64,000 bases of DNA, taken from contig VJWM01000007.1 of assembly GCA_010909165.1 (NCBI GenBank), positions 62,001-126,000 on the forward strand, given 5' to 3'. The notes under the pieces are model-generated. The model saw only the letters and a list, made by a program, of their open reading frames with translations, was not told the origin of the DNA and did not search any database. The stretch is from Anthoceros angustus (Eukaryota; Plantae; Anthocerotophyta). Made by a program: the position numbers and the translations under genes. Positions 1 to 10,927 of the stretch are shown one piece after another; positions within the stretch are counted from its first letter, which is position 1, and every line of letters begins with the position of its first letter.

Positions 1-29
1 TAATTAACAAACTCTCACAATAAGGCCAT

Positions 30-420
30 CATGAAAGCCCCATCAATATCTTCATGACCCTCGTACTATGTCATCTTAGTTAGTGAACCCCACATTCGGG
101 ACAATATATAGATTCATTGTTAGTGAGCCCCCACACAAACATGGAGATTCATTGTTAATGAGTCCTCATACTAACATTACCATGACAACGCACTAAACTA
201 TCGCCATCTATATTCAATTCAACACTTAGATTACCTTAGTTAACAAACCAGCATACTAAGGTCAGCATGAAGCCCCCACACTAAGATCATCATAAAGATA
301 GCCAAAATAAAATCACCATTAATACTCTCATTATTACGCGAAATATGACATTGAGATAAAGAGAAAAAGATTTCTTTATCGAACGACCTATATGATAGTG
401 CTTTAGTGATTAGCCCCGTA
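30..420. repeat. Degenerate short repeats (gattcattgttagtgagcccccacac-like), probably TE subterminal sequence
   Basis: Variants of TTAGTGA(A/G)CCCC(C)ACA and GATTCATTGTTA recur at about 78, 112-133, 146-170, 270 and 402. Confidence 0.4.
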
Positions 421-498
421 CTTCGTTGACAGGACTCCAACACGGGTAACTTAGGTGAGAACCAAATATCTTAACAACAATTAACAATAATTTATTTT

Positions 499-690
499 AA
501 GTCCACTAAGGACGGACATGCAGCCATGGGACTCAGTACTCCGAGCAACTTGTTCCATGGAGTAAACCAGGCTACTAGCACAAAAGGCATTCCTCTCTAG
601 GTACCCCATCCAAATCTCACTTGTAGTGTAGGACGCTTAACTTTGACATTCTTAAGTGTGTGTCCATTTGGCTTAAGCCATTTGGACTAA
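499..690 (+). repeat. About 190-bp dispersed repeat with a second, inverted copy at 31217-31395
   Basis: TAAGTCCACTAAGGACGGA ... GTGTGTCCATTTGGC(T/C)TAAGCCATTTGGAC is collinear with the reverse complement of 31217-31395. Confidence 0.75.
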
Positions 691-904
691 TGTCTAGGCT
701 ATAATGGATAATGGATAACATAAATGATCAACATTGTTATACTAAATCTAGAGCAACGCACTCCCTCCTTCACAAGAGGCCATGCATCCTAACTACACAT
801 TTCTTTCTCTATGAAAAATCTTCAATTCATATCTAACATAGATGCTAAACCCTACACCCTATACTCTGCTCAACGAGTTCCATACACTGTGCTCAACGGC
901 GTTT

Positions 905-1430
905 CTCTCGAGGCTGATTTGTTTTTGACTTAGAGGGACCAGTTTTTTTTGTTGCTGATGTGGTTGTAACAGACCCTGCACGGGACAATATCTGCGAGCA
1001 TGTTATCCTTAACCCCTCAGGATGGGCGAAGGAAAGATGGGCAGCGAAGATCCGCAAGTACTCTTACATGCAGGATGGCTACGCCTTCATTCCCTTGCCA
1101 TCGAGACTTACAAAACCATGAGCAAGGATTTTTCCAGATTCGTCAAGGCCTGTACCAAAGCTGACCACTCTCGCAAAAATGGGGTTGGTCTTCCCCTTTC
1201 AGCAGGTACCCATTGCCTTGCAGAGGACGTTGGCGAACGCGCTGTGCAAGATGACAGGAAGCGCAGGGAATGCTGTGTCGAAGGGTGGTAGGTAGGCACA
1301 AAATCCCGGACCACAAAATTATGGGAGCAGTCGGTAAGTTCAAGAGGAGCGATTGCGGGGCTAGTCCCCTAGTTGCTCCCCTTTTCCTCGGGCAGAATCT
1401 CTCTTTTCTCGGAAAGTCTCCAGGACGCCT
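905..1430 (+). mobile_element. 5'-truncated CRE-like (RLE-type) non-LTR retrotransposon fragment
   Basis: Translates to ADVVVTDP...MQDGYAFIP-AIETY..MSKDFSRFVKAC...RPKIPDHKIMGAVG. It is collinear with 16040-16520, and its 3' end carries the family motif AAAGTCTCCA. Confidence 0.7.
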
Positions 1431-1455
1431 TTCCTTATTCATATGCTTCAGGGGA

Positions 1456-1623
1456 CAGCGTTATTTCGTTATTTTGCCGGTGTCAGCGTTATTTCGTTAT
1501 TTTGCCGGTGTCAGCGTTATTTCGTTATTTTGCCGGTGTCAGCGTTATTTCGTTATTTTGCCGGTGTCAGCGTTATTTCGTTATTTTGCCGGTGTCAGCG
1601 TTATTTTGATATTTTGCCGGCGT
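1456..1623. repeat. Tandem minisatellite, 6 x 28 bp (CAGCGTTATTTCGTTATTTTGCCGGTGT)
   Basis: Five identical units plus one variant, directly abutting with no spacers. Confidence 0.97.
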
Positions 1624-1957
1624 CGGACTCCCACTCAAGGTTACCAGTAATACCTCATTAAGTTGCCTGCTAAGGAAACGCTTAGTTTGCATTGGATGAT
1701 ACAGTTCTCTGCGAAGTCTTTCAGAAAGTGGAGATGCGCAACCGACTCACAGCACCAGACCCCAGGAGGGCGAGGAACCGATAGGAATCGCCCACTATAT
1801 GCAATCATTTCTCATATAAATATGTGAGTTGGGATCGTACTGCTACCTCCACCAACATGGAAAGGTTTTTTCAGGATTCCTAGGAGCGGATGTTTGGTGG
1901 GTTGCACCTGAGCAAGTCACCAACAATGCCACTTCAAAACTCGCTGGAAGAAGACGA

Positions 1958-3775
1958 TCAAGGTGGACACCACTGCCCAGAAGTAAATGTGTAGAAAAAC
2001 CTTGTTCCAGTTGCAACGACATAGAAGACTGCACAATGGATTACCTGCGTTAACAACAAACTCGATTGCGCACGTGGTACAAAGCCTACTTTCAGCATAT
2101 GCACAATTTGATTGCAGGGAAGCTATAACCTGGAATGCCTGGGAGAATGTGGTTATCCTTTGACAGAATACTACTCAGAGTTTCACTCTGATTCAATTTA
2201 ACCCAACGAGGTTCCCCCAGGTTGACTGCAAACAGCAACCGCTAGCATAAGAACGAATTGTCACATTTGGAAGCTCACTTGAAAGCAGCAAATAATGCTA
2301 CCTATACTTGCCTGTGACGTCACCATCTTCAGTTTCCTCATCCTCTGTACTTGCCCTGCAGTACCCAGCTTCATTCGCGGACAACAGCTCAACTGTTTTC
2401 TTCCTGGTGAGTGGGACACTAGAATTTGCCTGCACTAGACATTTGGGAGGATGAGTTGTCTGTGGACCTCCAGACATGGAGTCCAATATGATGCAGACTA
2501 TGCTCACCCGGTAGTACAGAGCAATCCGATCACGAGTGTACTCATGCCTCTCGTCCCACACCAAAGGTGGTGCATCCTCACCGAACATGTTTTGGCAGTT
2601 AAGGACAAGGGACTAGTCCACTCCTTGGCAAGGATTTAGCAGCTTTCTACTTCACATGACATTGAAAAGCAACCATGAATGGAAAGCAAAACGCTTGCCC
2701 ACCTACTGCATTGCAGGATATCTCATCAAGATGGACTGCAAAGGTGTCGGTCTCACAGAAGTCTTCAATGAAGTCACTGGACATAACTTCTCCATACAGC
2801 AGAAGTACCGGCCAGTGGAGAATCCTGCTCGAGTCGAGCCATGGAGTCTTCCCCTGGCTTCGCTCTCTATACAAAGCATCCCCAAGCTTGACCTTTCGTG
2901 CTGACAGTGCAGAAACTATCGCCTGCATCATGGCAAAAAAATCAACCAACCTTCAAGAATACCAAGACTGCCACATGGTACACAAGGTCTGAGGACCATC
3001 CACCACCAATCCGTCCACTACCTCAGTTTTTGACTGCGCTTGCAATGCCCGCCTTTCCTTCTCAGTAACTTCTGCAACCTTTTTATCCACTTGGTCCTTG
3101 ATCTTAATTAGCTCCTGGCTTGAAGGCTCTCGGGACAGACCCTCTGTGCAGAATTGGCCAGCTTCAGAAAACAAATCAAGCTCAAGTGCAGCTTTTGCTC
3201 CCCGAAAGTATGCCTGGAGAACAAGCAAGGATATTAGAAAATGCGCACCAACGAGAATAGAAATGACCGTGACATGCAAAGTTGTTGTATCAACGTGTAA
3301 GATGGCGGCCCATCGTTCAAGCCAACGAGCTAGCTACCTTCACGTTGGCTGGGTTCCTTTTGATAGATTCCTCAGCATCCGAAATTGCCCGCCTGAAGTT
3401 ACCAAGTAGCAGATTGACTTGTGCTCGATTAGCGAACAGAACAGAATTGGTATGCTCGTCGGCACATCTTTGATTGATTGCTCTGGTGTAACAGTCGACA
3501 GCATCTGCATAGAACTTTTTCCCCCTCTTCAGAAACTCGTTCCCTTCCTCCTGCATAAAGGTAGTAAAGTGCAAGGCAGAATTTGCACCGAAATCAGCGA
3601 GTGAGAACCAAACCTGGTGACAGCGAAGAGAGTGTGTCAGTAGTGAAGGACAAATTGGGCAAATCCGTACCTTGAGCTCGAGGGCAGCGGACTCCCGGAT
3701 GGCTACTATAGCATCCAAATCCGCCCTTTGAGTTTCTGTGACGGGCTCCTGACCCGGCTCCATCCACAGCGCCAT
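1958..3775 (-). CDS. TTC4: TPR co-chaperone of the TTC4/Cns1 family (Arabidopsis TPR2-like), multi-exon
   Basis: N-terminus MALWMEPGQEPVTETQRADLDAIVAIRESAALELK|EEGNEFLKRGKKFYADAVDCYTRAI with TPRs. Internal LHWPVLLLYGEVMSSDFIEDFCETD. C-terminal exons WVKLNQSETLSSILSKDNHILPGIP|VFYVVATGTRFFYTFTSGQWCPP*. Canonical GT-AG introns, e.g. 3670-3551; last exon 2028-1958. Confidence 0.92.
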
Positions 3776-3972
3776 GGTTTGAAATCAGCTGGCCAGTAGA
3801 AACCTGGACGTCACTGCACGTCCTCAAGTGCGCCCACCAGAGCCCTGCAAGCTCCTATTCCGGACTACTGTAGTAAGTATCGATTTACGCAATTCCCTAC
3901 AAGCAGGAGGATCTCTCTTGGGTTTCTCCTGGCACCACCTTGCTGACTCTCAGCAAGGGGGAGGAGGGGAGG
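3776..3972. promoter_or_regulatory. Putative bidirectional promoter between TTC4 and the O-fucosyltransferase gene
   Basis: The head-to-head start codons are only 197 bp apart. Confidence 0.55.
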
Positions 3973-6341
3973 ATGGCGGCAGCGCGTTGGGCGATGGGCA
4001 CTACAAGCCGATGGCCGCCACGCAGGAACAGCAGGGAAGCCATCCAGGCGCGCAGGTTGCGCACCTGCTGTGGCTACGCGGTGGCCTTCACCTTCCTCCT
4101 CCTCCTGCTGATTCTGGGCTTGAGACACCCGGCGTCGTCCCAGTTCTTTTCAGGAAGCCGATCCCTGTCCTCCTTCTTCTCCTCCTCCCCGTCCGCAGCC
4201 TGCCGGCAATGCTCCAGCACCCCTCCTGCGTCTGTGCAGATGCTGCCACCGGGAGAGAAATTCATGTGGTACGCGCCTCACAGCGGATTCAGCAACCAGC
4301 TCATGGAGCTCAAGAATGCTCTCAAATTTGCATCCTTGCTCAACAGGACGCTCATTGTACCTCCTGTGCTGGATCACCATGCACTCTCTCTCGGAAGCTG
4401 CCCGAAAAGCAGGCTACTCCACACTGCAGATCAGCTGCGAGCTTTGGCCTGGAATGAGTTCTCAGCTGTCATTCGGGACTCCAGGTACAAGATCTGTGCA
4501 CCTAACCTGTCGTTGTGCAGACTTGTTGATATTTCTTGCTCATTCCGTTCTGAGAGGGTTGTGAACAGGTCATCTGCCTGTTGTTGTCGTTTGCTTACCT
4601 GTTGCGCCTGTGCCACAAATCGGAAAATTTGTTGGACGGTGGTTCTGAATGAATGAATTCATGGGAGGTTCAAATCTAAGCACTGTTGTTGAACGCTTTG
4701 CCAGGATCTAGAAGACTGGCTTATGCTGTGTAGCAAAGCAGATTGCAAAAGAACTGTTTAAAAGAATCAGCTAGGTTGGTAATGTTACTTTATAAATGAC
4801 CAGGCTTGAGGCCAACAAGGCCAAGGACAGCAACAAGCATCCGCAATGTGTCTACCATGATTTGAGTCATCGTGGATGTACTCATGTGCAACTTTGGTGC
4901 AGATAATGTTGCACATCCGATGCCTGAACTGGACATTCCGGAATAGCTGATAAGTATGTGAACTGCTAAAGTAACATAAGTTTGCAGATGGTGTAATACC
5001 AGTAGTAACAAATGTTTTCTCATGCGGCAGGTGTGTGGGTTGATGGAGTGGTCAACCTTGAAAGGCATGGCCTAGGGAAGCTTTAATCCCCACATGACGT
5101 ATTACCCAGAATACTTCAATGCTTCCGAAAAGCCTGAGTCGAAGAAGGTTTATGGATGCCTTTCTGGATGGGTTCCTTTTTGTGCCGTTGCCGATGTCTT
5201 GTAGTGGGGTCGAGTGTAAAGTTATGCTTGATCATCAACCTGTGTAGCTCTTCCCTGCAGGTATGTGTCTATTGCAGACATCGTTGATCTGTCGGCCGTT
5301 ACACCGGAGCTGGTGCGGACTATCGACCTCCGAGCATTTGCTGCAATGTGGTGTGGGGTAGATATCAAGCCAGCTTGCTATGGTCCTTGGTGCAAGCGTT
5401 TGGCTAAACGAGCTGGCCCAGCATGGGGTTCAATGGAGGTCTGTGGGGCACTGCTTTCACAATCTTCACCACAGCCCCAATGTTGTGTATATGGGGTGCA
5501 GGATGACTGCACGACCACATTGTGGACATATGAAGCTAAGCAGGATTCACTTGCTCGAGAAGAGGATACTGCAAGGCGATTCCTTCAGGAAGCTCCAGAA
5601 GGTGGTAAGAAGAAGAAGCAGAAGGCCAAACCCAGAGATATTGTGGCTGCTTTGGGGCATGGATCTGCAGCTGCGGAAGCAGTTGTGCTGTCATTTGGAA
5701 GCCTGTTCTCGATGGAGTATAAGCAAGTTCAGACACACATCAACATCGCAACTCCCTCTGGAAGCAAGAAACTAGATAAGTTGCTCAAAGCAAGCAAGCA
5801 TCTTCCCTTCGCTACTGATATTGTGGAGGCAGGGAGGAGGTATGTCCAGGAATTCATCAGTCAGCCATTCTTCTGTGCCCAGCTCAGATTGCTGGACGGA
5901 CAGTTCAAGAAGCAGTGGGAGAAAATTTTTGCTCAATTGGAAAGTAAATTAGAGCGAGTGCACAGAGATGGTAGTACGCAGAAGCTTGTACTTTTTGTGA
6001 TGACTGACCTGCCTCAAGAAGATTGGCAGGGCACCTATTTGGGGCGATTGGCGTCAAACCACACGCACTATAAGGTGCGCACGCTTAGTGCAAAGAAGGA
6101 GCTGGTGACGTCTGCCGCAAGAAATATCATTGTGAAGGAACTAGGACTGCGCTCGGGATACCTACCTAAGAAGCTTGGATCTGTGAAAGAAGCAGGAAAG
6201 GGAAAACCGAGGTTTGTGCCTGACGTGCTGCTCAACATTGAAGAGGTTGTGTGCAGTTGTGCTTCCTTGGGCTTTTCAGGAACCTCCGGATCGACACTTG
6301 CTGACACCATCACCGATATGAGGGCAGCGGATGGAGGATAG
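3973..6341 (+). CDS. OFUT30: O-fucosyltransferase family protein (OFUT30/At4g17430-like), two exons (3973-4484, 5261-6341)
   Basis: Type II membrane anchor (YAVAFTFLLLLLILGL) followed by EKFMWYAPHSGFSNQLMELKNALKFASLLNRTLIVPPVLDHHALSLGSCPK. The GT-AG intron 4485-5260 joins in frame (DSR|YVSIADIVDLS). C-terminus ends IEEVVCSCASLGFSGTSGST. Confidence 0.88.
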
Positions 6342-6800
6342 AAGTCGGATTGGATGTTTAGAGGGATGTAGTGTCGAAGCTGTTTTCTTCAAGATAGTGT
6401 TGATGTATCACTTCCAACTTCAAATGAGCAAAATTACTTGACAGACGCTTGAGTGCTCCACGTTGGGAAGCCTCAATAGCAGGCTGCTTATCAACGACGA
6501 ACAGATCTGATCGCACACTAGTGAAATGACATGACAAGCAGAGTGTATTTCTATTACGCGGACCACGGCTAACAACACAACAGTCAAATTTTACTCCTCA
6601 AAAAATGAGGATTGGTCCAAACAAGGGCAGCCCCGTCACCAGGAAGCAAGGCCACCACCCCCATACCAGTTTGACCTGATACCAAAAGGGCTCCATAGGG
6701 AGTGCCATCAGTTCCTGTGTAATCCCCACCTGTAGTCCAGCCAACACTTGAACCAAAATTGGTGCCCTTATTACCATGGAGTCCAGGAGGGACCAGGGAC

Positions 6801-8297
6801 CTAATACCGAAGCCAATACGTGCGCCGGCGGAACCAGACATAGTCAGGAAGGAACTGTGTTGGTCCCATGGCTGCAATGGCAACATCCTTATCATAGATG
6901 AAGCGAGCTGCAACTCTCTTCACCGTCTGGGCATCCACAGCATCTATTCTAGCAAAAAGCTCGGGTAAGGGGATCCTACGTCCGTAAGTCAACAACTGAC
7001 GGCCGATATCCTCAGTAACAGGGCTGGTACCATCCAAGTGGAAAACCAGGCAAGACTTCAACTGGTTTTGGGCACGAATGACATCTTCATCAGTCACGCG
7101 ATAGCACAATCTTCCCATTTCCCGCATGATGACATAGGACAAATCTTCCAAGTTATCTGGCTTGGCCACCGCATACACACCAAATAATCCAGAATCACTA
7201 TAGTTAGTGTTGAAAGCCATCACACTTTCAGCCAGTTCATTTGCCGCAACCTTCTGAGCCATCTCAGACCCCATATGCTTGCCACCCCCAGCACTCTTGC
7301 TCCAGGCACCAAGCATAGTTTGCATCACCATCAGAGCAGTGGCATCTGGATCCGTCCATGCAGCACCTTGCAGTGCTACAGCGAAATGGGTCAGAGGCAT
7401 ATCATCGTCTCTCAGCCGAACCTCAGACCCTGTAAATATGGCTGGCTCCTTGTTCACAAGCTCAGTAGCTGTAATGGGATTATTGGAAAGGTTAGTAAAA
7501 GATTTCTTAACCAGCGCAACCAAGTCTTCGTGCCGCACACCACCAGATCCCGAAACAACCATCCGAGGCCCGCTGTAATGAGTAGAGATATAGTTCTTGA
7601 GATGTTCCCTGGTAATGGACTTGATATTCTCCGCAGGTCCAAGTATGGTGCGGCCCAAGGGACTGTACTGGAAAGCAGTGGCATGAAGGTGATCAAACAC
7701 CATCTCCTCGATCTGCGCCTCCACCTCCCTCATTTCCATCAAAATCACCTCCCGCTCCCGGTCGATCCGATCCTGATCAAAGGAAGAATATTGCAGAATG
7801 TCCGCGAGGATATCAACTGCCCCGGTGACGTCCTTCTTCAGAACCTTGGCGTAATAGGTCGTCTGCTCCCTGGAGGTGTAGGCATTGAGATGGCCCCCCA
7901 TATTCTCAATCTCCTCCTCCAGCTGCGTCCTGCTGCGGCGCTTGGTGCCCTTAAAGATCATGTGCTCCAGGAAGTGAGCCGTCCCGTTGGTCTCATCGGT
8001 CTCAAACCGGCTGCCCGCATCTATCCACACCCCGACTGTGGCCGTCTCGGCACTGAGATTCGACTCCGTGGCTACCCTCAAGCCGTTGGGCAAGGTGGTG
8101 ATCCGCGTCAGGGGCGCGGCCAGCACGGAGGTGTGATCCACCCGCGCCGGCACGGGGGAATTGTAGCGGGTGAACCTCTCATCCGGGGCCGCTGTGAGGT
8201 CATGCTTGAGCAGCGCAGCAGTGCTGGAGAGGTGAGTCCCCGTCCACAGGCGCCTCGCCCTGCGCCCGAGCGCTACTGCTGCCTGCCGCCCCGCCAT
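6801..8297 (-). CDS. MPPB: Mitochondrial processing peptidase beta subunit / cytochrome bc1 core I (M16), no introns in the coding region, 498 aa
   Basis: Arg-rich presequence MAGRQAAVALGRRARRLW, then TRITTLPNGLRVATE, zinc motif HFLEHMIFKGT (HxxEH), NAYTSREQTTYYAKV, and C-terminus WFRRRTYWLRY*. The ATG is at 8297; the ORF-track start at 8390 is TTG. Confidence 0.96.
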   Translation of the reverse strand: MAGRQAAVALGRRARRLWTGTHLSSTAALLKHDLTAAPDERFTRYNSPVPARVDHTSVLAAPLTRITTLPNGLRVATESNLSAETATVGVWIDAGSRFETDETNGTAHFLEHMIFKGTKRRSRTQLEEEIENMGGHLNAYTSREQTTYYAKVLKKDVTGAVDILADILQYSSFDQDRIDREREVILMEMREVEAQIEEMVFDHLHATAFQYSPLGRTILGPAENIKSITREHLKNYISTHYSGPRMVVSGSGGVRHEDLVALVKKSFTNLSNNPITATELVNKEPAIFTGSEVRLRDDDMPLTHFAVALQGAAWTDPDATALMVMQTMLGAWSKSAGGGKHMGSEMAQKVAANELAESVMAFNTNYSDSGLFGVYAVAKPDNLEDLSYVIMREMGRLCYRVTDEDVIRAQNQLKSCLVFHLDGTSPVTEDIGRQLLTYGRRIPLPELFARIDAVDAQTVKRVAARFIYDKDVAIAAMGPTQFLPDYVWFRRRTYWLRY

Positions 8298-8703
8298 GCC
8301 TGCTCCTCCCGAGCTCCTGCGATCGCCCCTTGACAACACCACCCCGCTCTCCCAGCGATGGCAATGCCCTAACCCGCTTTCCGTAAGCAAATTACCTCTC
8401 CCTTCCCATTACTATACTTGCATGGGGTGGGGGAACCGGAATCCCATCATAAGTTTAAAAAAGTAGCAAATTCTTAAGCTTAATACCCATGCACAGCACT
8501 TAATGACCCACGTAGACTAGCGCGTTGGAAACACACATCTTGAAACCCATCTAAACCACTTGCTTGCTTGCCTTGGAGGCCATAAACCCTCATTGCCCTT
8601 GCAACCTCCTCCATCGATCTAAAAGCTAATGCCTTCTTACTTATCAAGAAGATGATGACACGAACACAATGAGAAGTACGTAGTGACTATATCCAAATGC
8701 TAT

Positions 8704-10362
8704 ATGCTATTGAGAGGATTTCACATGGGATATAATCATAAAACTACATGCACTAGTCCCTTAACTCCCAAAACTCAAGAAAATGAAACAACAATTACGG
8801 ATTCTTTCACAGAAGACTTGGCAGCATCTTTGGAAAAGTTGGAAACTCAGAATTTGGAATCCGATTGCACTGGAGTACAACAAAGATTTCATCAAGTTGA
8901 AGGTTGTCTTTTAGATTGTTCAAATTATGAGGCTTCGTGCAGTTATACTAAAGATGATGAAGTATCCCAAGGAAGCCACCGTTCTGACAATGCATCCATT
9001 GTTGGTTCTTCCGTTGTCACATATGATGAGCAAATTTTGGATCAAAATGAAAGGTTGAAAGAGTTGACAGAAAATGACAAAAGCACATGGAGCAAGTGGT
9101 GTAACTTGCCCAGAGACATATGGGAAGAAATATTGCCATTGTTACCTCTTTCAAATCTCTTCAGAGTTCTTGGAGTTTGCAAAACTTGGAATTCTATCAT
9201 TTTTTCTCAGTGTTGTTGTGAGCACTCACCTTTGCCTATGGATAAAGAGGGACATTGTTTGAATAACCAGCAAGAAATTGGTTTAAATTGTTCAGAACCA
9301 GAAAAGGAACAAAAATTTCCTTTCCATAAAATTCATTTGGGAGATCAAAACATGTGGGGCTCTTATTTTCCAACATTTATACAAAGACATGGACAACAAT
9401 TTTGTGTGGGGTACAACATGGAATCTCATACTTGGCAAAAATTGCCACAATTTTCATTTCTTCCTCCGTCTACTCGTGGTCGTGGGTGTTCACCATTTGG
9501 CGCAAGAGGATTATTATGCTTTGCAAGAGAATACTCCGGTGCAACTCGTTTCCATACTGACATAATTGTGTGCAATCCGGTAAGCAAATATTGGAAGAAA
9601 TTGCCAAGACTATATGCAAGATATATGCACTTTCATTGTATCATCTCTGAAAAAAATGGGCAAAAGATGTTCAAAATCATAGGAGTCGGTCGTCGAAAGT
9701 GGAGAGACACTTATATATATAGTTCGGATACAAATTCGTGGTCGGATACACGCACTTGCTATCCTATAGGTCGATACAATGAGGAATCAGACATACAAAG
9801 CAGCACTATTTGCAATGGGATGTTGTTTTGTGTAGTGGAAAATTCAAAGGTATTAGCATATGTAGATATCGAAAAAGGACCGTGGAGTGAAATTTTTGTG
9901 AACAAGTTGTTGAAAGGTTTCAGATCTTTGTGGAAAGTTGTGGAGTGTGAGAATATATTATATCTAGTAGTAGTTGATAGATTAGGGAATAATAGTCATA
10001 TTTTGAAAATGGACTCTTGTGCCATGGATTGGGTGTTAGTAACTCATTTCCCAGAAGACATATTAGGAGTTTATCCCGCCGGTAGATGTGATTATATCCA
10101 TCCTTCAAAAAGCCATTGTGTTGCACATGAAAACAAAATCTGTTTTGCAATGCAATATGATTATGGGAAAAGGTGGCATTGTGTGATGTACGACATCAAC
10201 AAGGATGTGTGGCAAAAACTATCTCGTTGTCCTTTTTGGATCAAACCAGATTTATGTCACGATTACTCTACTTTTAGACACAATGAAGGCATAAATTATC
10301 AAGTGGTATCATGTGTTTTCACTCCTAACTTGTGTGCAAGTCTGGGGTGCTTGCTGATATGA
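8704..10362 (+). CDS. F-box/Kelch-type protein, single exon, AT-rich
   Basis: F-box WCNLPRDIWEEILPLLPLSNLFRVLGVCKTWNSII. Beta-propeller motifs YNMESHTWQKLP, GARGLLCF, IIVCNPVSKYWKKLP, IYSSDTNSWS, YDINKDVWQKL. The ORF is about 550 codons and uninterrupted. Confidence 0.85.
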   Translation: MLLRGFHMGYNHKTTCTSPLTPKTQENETTITDSFTEDLAASLEKLETQNLESDCTGVQQRFHQVEGCLLDCSNYEASCSYTKDDEVSQGSHRSDNASIVGSSVVTYDEQILDQNERLKELTENDKSTWSKWCNLPRDIWEEILPLLPLSNLFRVLGVCKTWNSIIFSQCCCEHSPLPMDKEGHCLNNQQEIGLNCSEPEKEQKFPFHKIHLGDQNMWGSYFPTFIQRHGQQFCVGYNMESHTWQKLPQFSFLPPSTRGRGCSPFGARGLLCFAREYSGATRFHTDIIVCNPVSKYWKKLPRLYARYMHFHCIISEKNGQKMFKIIGVGRRKWRDTYIYSSDTNSWSDTRTCYPIGRYNEESDIQSSTICNGMLFCVVENSKVLAYVDIEKGPWSEIFVNKLLKGFRSLWKVVECENILYLVVVDRLGNNSHILKMDSCAMDWVLVTHFPEDILGVYPAGRCDYIHPSKSHCVAHENKICFAMQYDYGKRWHCVMYDINKDVWQKLSRCPFWIKPDLCHDYSTFRHNEGINYQVVSCVFTPNLCASLGCLLI

Positions 10363-10869
10363 ACTAGATATCGGGTTCGGGTTCGCATCTGCATCTTCCT
10401 TTTCTATTGTACTTTTGATATTCCTTGTAACATACACTTACACAATCTAAACTCGTTATGGTAAAAATTATCGATACCCACTTGAATTGGATTTTTTAGT
10501 GGAAAGATCGTAAAATAAATTGATTTTTATCTCAGTATAAATCAATTATATTTTATAAAATAAAATTACAATACTACATTAGTAAAATAATAATTCTAGT
10601 ATTATAATAAATACTTAGGGTTTCATCATTTGTTCTTCATCCATCAGGGTAGGTGATCAGAATAATGAAATTCAAATTTGCATTACCGCAAGAACGGAGG
10701 ATTCTCAGGAGCGAAGGAATGTGCTGTGAAAAAGTCGGTAATGCTGATTGCAGTAGAGCAAGGCGGGAATACGGCCTGGTGGGTCTTGGAAGCTGTTAAC
10801 GAGCAAATGACGTGGAATGGAGCAGGAAGAACGTTGAGTTAGGTCGCAGGGACTGAGAGCAGGTACAGC

Positions 10870-10927
10870 GGCCCAGGCACAGGCACAGGCCCAGGCACAG
10901 GCCCAGGCCCAGGCACAGGCCCAGGCC
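10870..10927. repeat. Hexamer microsatellite (CAGGCA/CAGGCC)n, about 9-10 units
   Basis: ggcccaggcacaggcacaggcccaggcacaggcccaggcccaggcacaggcccaggcccc. Confidence 0.9.

Noticed and set aside
1456-1623. 28-bp repeats (also the 38-bp repeats at 35626-35734 and 36-bp repeats at 30249-30358) as CRISPR arrays
   Set aside because: The units abut directly with no unique spacers, there are no cas genes, and the context is eukaryotic.
7275-8333. 352-aa plus-strand ORF
   Set aside because: It is the antisense shadow of the GC-rich MPP-beta coding sequence and has no recognisable motifs.
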